Shown: in pieces, positions 41,386-50,661 of the stretch | Position numbering within the stretch: the first letter of the stretch is position 1 | Layout of the letters: each line of letters begins with the position of its first letter | NCBI GenBank assembly: GCA_964648365.1 | Contig: CAZYLK010000004.1 | Coordinates: 5,575 to 69,574, forward strand | Reading direction: 5' to 3' | DNA length: 64,000 bases | Origin: an uncultured Phycisphaeraceae bacterium | GTDB taxonomy: Bacteria > Planctomycetota > Phycisphaerae > UBA1845 | Notes under the pieces: model-generated | Database searches by the model: none | What the model was told of the DNA's origin: nothing | The model's input: only the letters and a program-made list of their open reading frames with translations | Program-made: the position numbers and the translations under genes

Positions 41386-42963
41386 ATGGCAATTGATATT
41401 ACGATACCAGAGGTCGGCGAGTCCATCAGTGAGGTGCAGATCGGCGAATGGCGCAAGTCTGAGGGTGACTCGGTGGAGCAGGACGAAGCCATCGTCGAAC
41501 TGGAAACCGACAAGGCATCCGTGGAGTTGCCCGCCCCGGCCGGCGGCACGCTCTCGCAGATCACAAAACAGTCCGGTCAATCCGCTCAGGTCGGTGACGT
41601 GATCGGGAGCATTGAGGACGACGGCGAAGCAGCGGAACCCGAACGGCGGAAGAAGCCTACCGAGGAAGAACCGTCCGCGAAGGGAGGGGCAGAGGAGTCG
41701 AAGGACGACGCGAAGGAGCCGGAGGAAGCGGAGGCCGAAGCCAACGATGAGCAGGATGCCGCGGAGGCGCCCAAACCAGCGGGCGATGAGAAGCCGAAGC
41801 CGGAGGAGGTGGGCCGGGAGCCGAAGCGCAAAGCGAAACCGAACGGCAAGGACACATCCGAGCGGGACGTCGAGTCGGATTCGTCTCGGCAAGCACCGAC
41901 CGACGACGCTGAAACTGAAACGGATGCTGATGACCAGCATCGCCCTTCGCGTGACGAGCAGGCGGAGTCAGCGAAGGACCAGGACGGAGAGGACAAGCGG
42001 CAGAAGGACCGGGAGTCTGATACCACCCAGACCCGCCCGGTTCCGGAAGACGTTGATGTCGAACCCAGGGTTATGCCGGCCGCCAAACGCGCCCTTTCCC
42101 GGTCCGGCCTCCGCCCCGCTGACGTGCGTGGAACGGGTCCGGCCGGCCGCATCACCGAAGCGGACGTGGCACGGCACTACACGGGGAAGTCGCCGGTCGA
42201 GCCGGCCCAAACGGAGCCGGCCGCGCCTGAGCCGCCGCCGAGCACACCTCGAAAGGCGCCGGACGATCGCCACGAGGAGATCGTCCCGATGTCAAGGCTG
42301 CGCCGCGGCATCGCCACACGCCTGGTCGACGCCCAGCAGACCGCCGCGCTGCTGACGACGTTCAACGAGATCGACATGTCGGCCATCATCAGGCTGCGAA
42401 GCCGATACGGCCCTTCGTTTCAGGAGAAGTTCGGCGTCAGGCTGGGGTTCATGTCCTTCTTCGTCAAGGCCGCCGTCGAGGCGCTCAAGCGGGTGCCGGC
42501 CGTAAACGCGGAGGTGCGCGGCGATAAGATCGCGTATCGGGACTTCTTCGACATCGGCGTCGCGGTAGCGACCGATCACGGACTGGTCGTACCTGTCATC
42601 ATCGACGCAGATCTTCTGAGCTTCGCCGAAATTGAACGGGCAATCGCGGATTTCGCCTCCCGAGCCCGCGCCAAACGCCTCGCCCCGGACGAACTGGAAG
42701 GCGGAACGTTCACCCTCACCAACGGCGGCGTCTATGGCTCGCTGTTGTCAACGCCTATCGTCAACCCGCCGCAAAGCGGGATTCTCGGGCTGCACACCGT
42801 TCAGGAACGCCCGGTTGCACGGGAAGGAGTGTTCGTCCGACCCATGATGTACGTGGCGCTGACCTACGATCATCGCATCATCGACGGCAGACAGGCCGTC
42901 ACCTTTCTTAACAGTATCAAGCAGTACGCCGAAGACCCGGCAGGAATCCTGCTGGATCTCTAA
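41386..42963 (+). CDS. sucB: dihydrolipoyllysine-residue succinyltransferase (E2o) with an unusually long charged linker
   Basis: Lipoyl domain with VELETDKASVELPAP, PSBD MPAAKRAL...VRGTGPAGRITEADV, and catalytic YVALTYDHRIIDGRQAV. The longest ORF (from 41065) overlaps the sucA 3-prime end. Confidence 0.9.
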   Translation: MAIDITIPEVGESISEVQIGEWRKSEGDSVEQDEAIVELETDKASVELPAPAGGTLSQITKQSGQSAQVGDVIGSIEDDGEAAEPERRKKPTEEEPSAKGGAEESKDDAKEPEEAEAEANDEQDAAEAPKPAGDEKPKPEEVGREPKRKAKPNGKDTSERDVESDSSRQAPTDDAETETDADDQHRPSRDEQAESAKDQDGEDKRQKDRESDTTQTRPVPEDVDVEPRVMPAAKRALSRSGLRPADVRGTGPAGRITEADVARHYTGKSPVEPAQTEPAAPEPPPSTPRKAPDDRHEEIVPMSRLRRGIATRLVDAQQTAALLTTFNEIDMSAIIRLRSRYGPSFQEKFGVRLGFMSFFVKAAVEALKRVPAVNAEVRGDKIAYRDFFDIGVAVATDHGLVVPVIIDADLLSFAEIERAIADFASRARAKRLAPDELEGGTFTLTNGGVYGSLLSTPIVNPPQSGILGLHTVQERPVAREGVFVRPMMYVALTYDHRIIDGRQAVTFLNSIKQYAEDPAGILLDL

Positions 42964-43209
42964 CGGACGTTCGCCGGCTGCGCAACGACCGCCGTGCCTC
43001 ACTCCCCCGGCCTGCCATGCCACCCACCGCACCAGGCCGGCGCTCCAGCACGCGGCCGACGCGTCTCAGACCTGACCGCCGCAACGCCGCCGCTCAGTGG
43101 GCGTGACATGGCGTGCTCCGGGGCCAGGCCGGCACGCCTCGCCGGCAGGACCACGATGGCCGCACGACGAGGCGCGCAGGGATCGCTCCCGCCGTTTTCG
43201 CGGACGCCG

Positions 43210-46200
43210 TCACCTCTCCCCGAACGCCGATTGGAACAGGGCGGCGTCCGAAAGATCGACGTCGCGGTCCAGGTCCATGTCGGCCAGGTCGCAGGGCGGC
43301 TCGATCGGCACGCCCGGGCCGGCGATGCAGGCGGCAAACTCGGCCCAGTCCGCAAGATCGATCGACCGATCTCCGTTCAGATCGCCCGGGCGCGGCTCGC
43401 GGCCGCGGGTGATGGTCGTCTCGACCACGTCGGACGAATTCTGGAACCGCTTGTCGATCGCCACCACGCGAATGCGCACGTCCGGCACGCCGTCGCTGGT
43501 CGGCAACCGCCAGCCGTACGAAGTCGTCTCGCCCGGCAGGCCGTCGGCGATCGTGTGATAGGTGTAGCCGCCGTTGAGCGACACCTGGATGCGAACCTCG
43601 CGAACGAAATCGTCGTCGGACGCTTCCCATTCGATCGGGATCACCGAACCGCCGTCGAAGCGTTTGTTCTTCCGCGGCGACGTGATGCGGACGTCCGGCG
43701 GCGCGTCCTGGAAGCGCTCGTCGGGGCGGATGGAGAAGTAATCCGAAAAATGCCAGTAGTCGTCGTTCGAGTTGCCCTGGGCGCGGATGGCGAAGCGGGC
43801 GCAGTCCGTACTGACCATCGGCAGGCGGGTGACTCTGGAGATGCACTTCCGCTCGCCGGGGCTCAGCCCGGCCTCGTACATCGTGCGCATGTCGCCATCC
43901 AGCTCGATGTAGAGCGTCGGCGTTGCGCCGATGTCCATCGCCGTGTAGCACAGATCGAACCAGCCGTCGTAGAGGAAGCCCTTGCGCAGATCGCTGAGGA
44001 ACTCGACGGTTCCGATCGGCCGCCGATCCGGAATGTTGAGCCAGAAGAACTCCAGTCCGGTCTGGCCGTTGGCCTCGTGGGCGAGGATGCGAAACTTCAC
44101 CTGCTTCGCATCGCCGTGTTCGCGGGCGGGAACGGTGAGTTCATACCGCCGCGTCCACGGCGGCAGGTCGGACACCAGCGTCCGCCAGCCGGGCGGGTCT
44201 TCAAAGGTCGGCGGCGTCCGCACTTCGATGTCGAAGCCGGTGATGGCGCCGTCGTTGGACGCCTCCCACTCCAGGAAGATCTTGTCGCCGGTCAGCGCGA
44301 CCGGATGCGGCTTCGTCAACAGGCGAACCACCGGCCGTTCGTTTTTCATATCCGGCAGCTCTTCCCGCCAGGGGTCGTGGAGCACGAAGATCGAAATCTC
44401 GTCGCCCTCGCCCTCCGGATGAAACAACGGCTCGTACGGACCCGTCTCGTGGCCCCACCAGTTGTTTTCCAGGTGCATCTCCTCGGCGTATTGGCCGTTC
44501 TGGCCAGGTACGTTGCGGGCCGCCAGCGTGTTGCCCTCGAAGATGTTCGGGCGCTCGGCGCCGTCCATCAGGGTGCCGGCGTTCTTGCGCAATCCGCCAC
44601 GCGACGTGTCGTTTTCGACGGCGACGTCGTTGCCGCTGAAGTAATTCCCGCTGCCGTAGATGAAGCCGTCGCCGCTGGGCTTGGCGCCCCAGCCACAGTT
44701 GGTGATGTCGCAGTCGCGCAGGTAGATGTCCGATTGCGATGCGTGGGCGCCCCAGCCGGCCCCGTCGATCGCCAGATGTTCCCACAGATTAACGCCCTGT
44801 GTCGATGCGAGCACCGCCCAGGGGCGGTCCGGGTCGAGCCGCTCGAAGCGGATGGGCTTGTCAGGGAGTCCGCGCAACTGCGGATGCCAGCCGTTGTTCT
44901 GGCGCAGGTTGATCGAAGCGTCGGGCGCCAGCAGAAACAGCGTTCCCGGCGGAATATCGACGCGGCCGTTGAACGTCGCGTCCTCGCCGACGTGATACGG
45001 CAGGCGCAGATCCGGCAGCGCCGCCTGCGACCGAAGGTCGCTGGCCGAACCGAGCGTCAGCGGCGCGAGGATGGCGTTGTGTGTATTGCCGGTGCGTGGA
45101 ACGACGCTGGCCGCGTGCAGGCCGCCATTGCGCAGAAAGATCGGATACTCGTTGCCGGTCAGCAGGTTCGACTCGTCCAGCATGACGTCCGCCGTGCCGG
45201 TCTGCGATGAACCGACGATGATCGCCGGCCCGGCAACGCCTGAGATCGTGACGCCTTCGATCAGGCGGGTCTGGCAGTTGACGATCGTGTTCAGCGGTGC
45301 GGCCGACGTCACAGACTCGCTCTTGGAGATGCGTCCAAGTTGAACGTGCGTTTCGGGATTGGTGAAGTGGACGTCGCGATAGTGCGAAGCCCCCGCGCCC
45401 GAGAACACCAGCGAGGCTACGTCGCATCGCTCCATGAAGAGCGCCGTCGTCGCGTCGGTGGCGCTGAGCCATGCCTCGACGCCCAGCACGCTGTCGCGAA
45501 GGGTCGCCTCGCCGCCCGGATCGAGCTGTACGGAGCAGTCGATCGCCGTGTAATCCATCGTAACGGCGCCCTTCACGAACAGGCCGCTGACGTTGTCGCC
45601 GGTCAACGTGACCGCCCGGTCGCGCGTGCCTTCGGCGATCAGTGTTCCCTCGACGTAGAGCCGCCGTTCCGTCGTGAACTCGACGACGGCGCCGCGTTCG
45701 AGAATCAGCGTCGCCCCGGCCGGGATGATCAGGTCGTTGCAGATGCTGAAGGGTCCATCCGAAGCCTTCCACGTGATCGTCTCGCCCGGCTCCGGCAGGA
45801 CCAGGCCGCACGGCGGCTCAGGGTCATCGCCGATGGTGAGCGCATCGATATAGAGCGTGGCGGTGGTGGGGAAGTTGGAAATCACCGGCGCGCGGAAGCG
45901 GATCGCCAGCCGCCCGCGACCGGGCAGCACTTCGCGAATCTGATGGTAGATGAACGGCCCCTCGGCCATCGGCAGTTCACGCTCAAAGAGCACGTCGGTG
46001 AAGTCGCCCACGTCGAGCGGCCCGTTGCCGGTGTCCGTACCGCCGCCCGGCGAGCGGCGGATCTCGATGAACGTGTCCACCGACGGCTTCGCCCCGTCGA
46101 GAACCCACAGCGAGAAGATCTGACCCGCGTCGAGTTCGGGAATGTCCGGCAGAATCGCCCACACGCTCAGCTTGGCGCCGAACTGCCCGGCCGACGACGA

Positions 46201-46539
46201 CGTCGCCCGCAGATAGTCGCGGCCGCTGTAGGGCCAGCCGACGCCGCCGTTGGGATTCCACGCGGGCGTCGCGCCGCGGGGGTCGCTCTGATTGCGGAAG
46301 ATCCACCCGGCCGCGATCAGCCCGGCTGGACCCTCCTGCCCGGGTTCCACGACGCCGACACCCTCGAAGTCCTCTTCAAAGACGTGCTGCGCCGCAGCCC
46401 GAGACGCGCCGACCGCCGTTATCGCGATGAGCACAACGCCCATCCATACAGCGGCGCGGCCATGACATACTTTGCACTTGGCTGTCCGACGGGTCCGATT
46501 CAACACCGATAATCTGCACATGCCGCTGAAGCTCCTCAA
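43210..46539 (-). CDS. 1109-aa secreted protein: N-terminal anchor/signal, parallel beta-helix-like region, Ig/FN3-like modules, C-terminal dockerin-like Ca-binding repeats
   Basis: The C-terminus GDLNGDRSIDLADWAEF...DMDLDRDVDLSDAALFQSAFG is dockerin/EF-hand-like. The central NCGWGA...GSGNYFSGNDVAVEN is beta-helix-like. The start may be the Met at 46443. Confidence 0.7.
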   Translation of the reverse strand: MRSFSGMCRLSVLNRTRRTAKCKVCHGRAAVWMGVVLIAITAVGASRAAAQHVFEEDFEGVGVVEPGQEGPAGLIAAGWIFRNQSDPRGATPAWNPNGGVGWPYSGRDYLRATSSSAGQFGAKLSVWAILPDIPELDAGQIFSLWVLDGAKPSVDTFIEIRRSPGGGTDTGNGPLDVGDFTDVLFERELPMAEGPFIYHQIREVLPGRGRLAIRFRAPVISNFPTTATLYIDALTIGDDPEPPCGLVLPEPGETITWKASDGPFSICNDLIIPAGATLILERGAVVEFTTERRLYVEGTLIAEGTRDRAVTLTGDNVSGLFVKGAVTMDYTAIDCSVQLDPGGEATLRDSVLGVEAWLSATDATTALFMERCDVASLVFSGAGASHYRDVHFTNPETHVQLGRISKSESVTSAAPLNTIVNCQTRLIEGVTISGVAGPAIIVGSSQTGTADVMLDESNLLTGNEYPIFLRNGGLHAASVVPRTGNTHNAILAPLTLGSASDLRSQAALPDLRLPYHVGEDATFNGRVDIPPGTLFLLAPDASINLRQNNGWHPQLRGLPDKPIRFERLDPDRPWAVLASTQGVNLWEHLAIDGAGWGAHASQSDIYLRDCDITNCGWGAKPSGDGFIYGSGNYFSGNDVAVENDTSRGGLRKNAGTLMDGAERPNIFEGNTLAARNVPGQNGQYAEEMHLENNWWGHETGPYEPLFHPEGEGDEISIFVLHDPWREELPDMKNERPVVRLLTKPHPVALTGDKIFLEWEASNDGAITGFDIEVRTPPTFEDPPGWRTLVSDLPPWTRRYELTVPAREHGDAKQVKFRILAHEANGQTGLEFFWLNIPDRRPIGTVEFLSDLRKGFLYDGWFDLCYTAMDIGATPTLYIELDGDMRTMYEAGLSPGERKCISRVTRLPMVSTDCARFAIRAQGNSNDDYWHFSDYFSIRPDERFQDAPPDVRITSPRKNKRFDGGSVIPIEWEASDDDFVREVRIQVSLNGGYTYHTIADGLPGETTSYGWRLPTSDGVPDVRIRVVAIDKRFQNSSDVVETTITRGREPRPGDLNGDRSIDLADWAEFAACIAGPGVPIEPPCDLADMDLDRDVDLSDAALFQSAFGER

Positions 46540-47041
46540 TCAGGCTCGCCGGTCGTAACATCAGTTGCGGACGGGCGGTATCGAAGGCCCGCGCCGGCGC
46601 ACCTCGCCACGTTTCGACCGCTCCGGCTCGCGCGGCGCAGGCTGCCGACCTTGCGTGACAGCATTCACCATGCCAGGCGATTGAAAGTGTGAAAGGCCCC
46701 TGGCAGCCCCGCCAGGGCGGATTTCGACCGTGGACTGACGCGCGGCCGCGAGTTGACTCGCGGCGCGGTGCGGGACACTCGGCGGGGAGTATAGAGAGCC
46801 GGGCGGCGCCCGTGCCACGGGCATCCTGACCGTGATGGCCGCTCGCGCGGATCTGCCCACGGCCTGGAAGTCGACGATCGGCCGGTGGCGGGGCCGTGCG
46901 ACGAGGACCATCGGCTCGCCTGCTGTGTCACGCACGCCTCGCGGCAATCGCCGACGGGGGCGGGCGCGCGGCGTGCGAGATGGCCGGTCCGCAAGCCCCT
47001 TCGACGGGAGCACGCGGGGTCACCGCCGTCCCCGCCCAATT

Positions 47042-47074
47042 GAAAAGCGGCCGGCCCCTTCCGGAACCGGCCGC
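47042..47074 (-). terminator. rho-independent terminator of the redoxin gene
   Basis: On the minus strand, GCGGCCGG-ttccggaagggg-CCGGCCGC is followed by TTTTCAATT. It lies 50 nt after the stop at 47124. Confidence 0.6.
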
Positions 47075-47123
47075 CGTTTGCTCGCTCGACCGACGGGCGC
47101 CAACCCGTCGCATCCGAGGTCGA

Positions 47124-47768
47124 TTACTTCTTGAACTTCACGCTGCAGCCGTACGGATCCGTCCAGTTGGTGGCGACGGTCGATCCGTTCATCAGCGCAT
47201 CAACGGCCTCGACGACGTAGTTCTTCGTCTCTTCGCCGCCGCTCATCTTGGGATCGTTGTCGATCGCGCCGGAATAGGCCAGGTTGCCGGCCTTGTCGAT
47301 CACGAACATGTGCGGCGTGGTCCTGGCGCCATACGCGCGGCCCACGGCGCCTTCGGCGTCCAGCAGAATCGGATACTCGATCTTGTTTTCCTTCTGCCAC
47401 GCCATGATGTCGCTGCTCTGCTCGGCGCAGAAGTAGCTGGAGTCGATCGCCATCCAGACCACGTCCTTGGCCTTATACCGGTCGTAGGTCTTCTGCATCG
47501 TTTTGGCCTTACCCTGGTGATACTTCACGAACGGGCAGGTCCGGTTGGTCCACTCCAGAACCACGATCTTGCCCTTCAGGTCAGCCAGCTTGTGTTCCTT
47601 GCCGTCGACGTCCTTCAAGGTGAAGTCCGGGGCCGGCTTGCCGATCTCGAGCTTCGTCTCGGCAGCCTTCGGCTTCTCGGCCTTGTCCGAATCCTGTGCG
47701 TAGATGGCGGCACTGGTCAGTCCAAATGCTGCCAAAGCGCACACGGCCGTAACCACGATACGCTTCAT
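47124..47768 (-). CDS. secreted thioredoxin-fold (redoxin / AhpC-TSA family) protein
   Basis: AGGAG RBS. Signal peptide MKRIVVTAVCALAAFGLTSAAIYAQ. PAPDFTLKDVDGKEHKLADLKGKIVVLEWTNRTCPFV. Confidence 0.8.
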   Translation of the reverse strand: MKRIVVTAVCALAAFGLTSAAIYAQDSDKAEKPKAAETKLEIGKPAPDFTLKDVDGKEHKLADLKGKIVVLEWTNRTCPFVKYHQGKAKTMQKTYDRYKAKDVVWMAIDSSYFCAEQSSDIMAWQKENKIEYPILLDAEGAVGRAYGARTTPHMFVIDKAGNLAYSGAIDNDPKMSGGEETKNYVVEAVDALMNGSTVATNWTDPYGCSVKFKK

Positions 47769-48095
47769 AAGCAAACTCCTTCGTAGAAGTAGGCCCGCAA
47801 TGTGGGATGGGATCACGAGGCAGACACTTCGTCACGAACGAGGGCGACCGCGCCCCTTGCCTTCAGACCATCGCCACGAAGCAGCGCCTATTGCATAGGT
47901 ACACTATAGCCCAGGATCGGCCGCGCGGCCAGTGCGGTTGAATCCGACCTCACGTCGGGCGCGGGCCGGCTGGCCGACATGAACGTAACCTTTTGCCTGA
48001 CAACCTTTTACGCAAGACGCAAGCGAATTCCTCCTGCGACGTCACGGGCGCATCTTCCGGGATCGAGGCGGCAGAACCGAACCCTTGTGAAACGA

Positions 48096-48127
48096 CCGGC
48101 CGGAACGAACACAGTCGTCCCGGCCGG
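48096..48127 (-). terminator. stem-loop terminator candidate after the PQQ-type dehydrogenase gene
   Basis: On the minus strand, CCGGCCGGGACGA-ctgtgt-TCGTTCCGGCCGG (13-bp stem, one mismatch) is followed by TCGTTTC. Confidence 0.45.
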
Positions 48128-48165
48128 CGATAAGGAGGGTTTGCGGGCGCGCGTCGTCGCGCCGA

Positions 48166-50148
48166 CTACTCGTCGCAGTCGATCGTACGAGCCAGCTCCG
48201 GACACTCGGTGAGCGTGTAGGTGTGCGCTCCGCGTTGCCGCTTGAACTTGAACCGGGCGTCGCCGTCGTCGTCCACGGTCAGGGCCGTCGTCTCACCGTT
48301 GTTGTCGACGTGAAGCCCCGTGCCGGCTTCCAACCCGGTCCGGACTTTCACGACCACTTTGTTGTTGTCGCGGCAGCGTGCTTTGAAGCCCCGCACCGCG
48401 TCACAGTCGGGCGGCGCGATGATCTTGTACACGACGCCGGTGTTGCCGATCGGCGCGGACTGCTGCGTGGCACAGACGTACACGTCGCCGGAGGCGTCCT
48501 GACCGAATCCCAGAACACGGAACGGCGGCCGCCGATCAAGCGTGCCGGCCATCTTTACGTCGCCGAACGCCCATTCGCCCGGTGTGACTTCTTCCGCCAC
48601 GAAGATGCTGCCGCTGGGCGGGCCGCCGAACGATCGCGACCAGTCGCCGAAGACGTACTTTCCGAATAGCGCCGCGTTGCCGGGGTTGCGATGGACGTAG
48701 CCGCCGATGATTGAAATGCCGTGAGGTTCATTCTCGGGACCGGCGTGCGGATACTCGAGGATCGGATCGATCAGCGGCTCGCCGTGATAGCCGGTATCCG
48801 GACATTCCACCGGCGGCTTCCCTGGGTTCTCCGGGTCGAAGCAGTGGAATCCTTCCCGGATGTTCCAGCCGAGATTCATGCCCTTTTCAATGATGTGGAC
48901 TTCTTCGTACAGGGCCTGGCCCACGTCCGCCCCGAACAACCGATGGTCGCCGCCCATGTCGAACGACCAGCGGAAGCAGTTGCGCAGGCCGTAGGCGTAA
49001 ATCTCGTCGCGGCCCTCGCGACCGACGAACGGGTTGTCATCGGGAATGCCGTACGGCTCGCCGTTGTCGACGTCGATACGGAGCATCTTGCCGAGCAGCT
49101 TCGACAGATCCTGCGCGTTGCCGATCTTCGGCGTGTGGCCCGGACCGATGTCGTGAGCGTTGCCGCCGTCGCCGACGGCGATATAGAGATAACCGTCGTC
49201 CGGCCCGAACTCGATCATGCCGGAATTATGGTTGAACTGCGGCTCGTCGATCACGAGCAGGATCCGCTCACTGTCGGGATCGGCCACGTTGGGATCGTCG
49301 TTCGATACGGCGAATTCGCTGATGTGTGATTCGTGGTTGAACCGCGATACCGTCAGGTCGTCAACGAACAGCGTGAAGGGTTGACCGTTCTGGCTTGCGC
49401 CGGCCGTGAAGCGGAGCGACTTGATGCCCTGGTTGCGGTTCTCGAAGAACAGGAAGTTCTGCGGGTCGCCCATCTCCGTGGCCGGCTTGCTGGGAACGGC
49501 GCTGCCGATGCGATTGCCCGCCGCGTTGAGAAACTCGACCTGCCCGGCGCCGTCGCCCGGCCGATGGACGAAATAGAACCGCGTGATCACCGCCAGGTCG
49601 GGCAGGGTCAGCGTGGCCGTGCCGTTCTCAGGAATCAGATAGGCGTTCGGCGGCGTCGCGTACAACCGCGGCTCGCCGGCCGTGCCGACTTCCCCGCCGG
49701 AGAACATCACGCCCTGCCAGGTGAACTCGCGCTCGCCCTTTGGAATGTCAGGATGATCGAAGGCCACGTCGATGTCGGGTTCACGCGGCGCGCTGTAGTA
49801 GACGTAGAACTTGTTGCTGCCGTTGCCATAATCGGGATGAAACGCCAGGCCCAGCAGGCCGCGCTCGTCGAAGGTTCCCGGACCGAACGCACCCAGTGGC
49901 ACCATGCGATCCGCAATGTCCAGGAACGGCGTTTCCAGCAGCTTGCCGTCGGCGTCCACGATCAGAATCTGCCCCGTCTGTTCGGTGATGAACAGACGTC
50001 CGCTGCCGTCCCCGGCGTGGACCGCCAGGTTGGGCGCGATCAGACCCTCCGCCACGGGCTTCACCGAGATCGTCTCCGTGGCATCGACCGGACCCGCAGC
50101 GACCGCCAGCGCGATCGCGACCATCAGAAGCGTGCCGAATCGTTTCAT
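48166..50148 (-). CDS. secreted PQQ-dependent sugar (glucose/sorbosone) dehydrogenase-like beta-propeller with an about 150-aa insertion and an 80-aa four-Cys C-terminal tail
   Basis: GGAGG RBS. Signal peptide [72 protein letters not shown]. The insertion lies between DHPDIPKGE and SEFAVSNDD. Confidence 0.85.
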   Translation of the reverse strand: [660 protein letters not shown]

Positions 50149-50661
50149 GCAAAAACCTCCTGAGAAAAACATTTCTCTCGACGGGCGGCCGGCGCGCACC
50201 ATCAGCCTCCGGCGCAGCGCAGCGCCTCCCCAACGGCCGCCAGGGGATCACACGATGTCACACGTTAGCCTGATGAAGGACGGCGGCCCGGTTGCATCGT
50301 TGCATGGCTGCCGTTGTCGGGTGCGACGGTAAGGCGCCGGCTTCCAGCCGGTTGGATCACCAGTTGACAACCTACGCCGCACTGACTTCTCGGAACACGG
50401 GACAGAGCCCGCACCACAACGCACTTCAACAGGCTCCTGGCGGAACGAATGCGCGTCGTCGCCGGCGCTTGCGACCCACGGCGGGCGGCAACGCCCACGT
50501 TGTGCCGCCGCGGTGCGGCCCTGACGACCTCATTCGTGCTGCCTACCGTCGAATGTAGCGGCGCGGCGTCAAGTCTTGCGTGGTTGGCGAAATGGCGGCC
50601 AGCGGCCGGCAAACCTGGTCCGCCGGTTGCGATAGTCCCGCACGCATTGCGAGTATCGGCG

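Noticed and set aside
42994-45210. 738-aa ORF on the plus strand
   Set aside because: It is antisense to the 1109-aa exoprotein gene. Its composition is Arg/Ala/Val/Gly-rich with no domain signatures.
46802-46817. Sigma-54-like TGGCACGGGCGCCGCC on the minus strand upstream of the exoprotein gene
   Set aside because: Only the -24 half matches. The -12 element is CCGC, and GG-N10-GC is expected by chance at this GC content.
46540-47041. Possible RNase P RNA, tmRNA or SRP RNA in the long spacer
   Set aside because: I found none of the universal boxes on either strand: no GAGGAAAGTCC, no tmRNA acceptor/T-arm or tag-like reading frame, and no SRP GGAA-tetraloop helix. It is kept only as an unexplained spacer.
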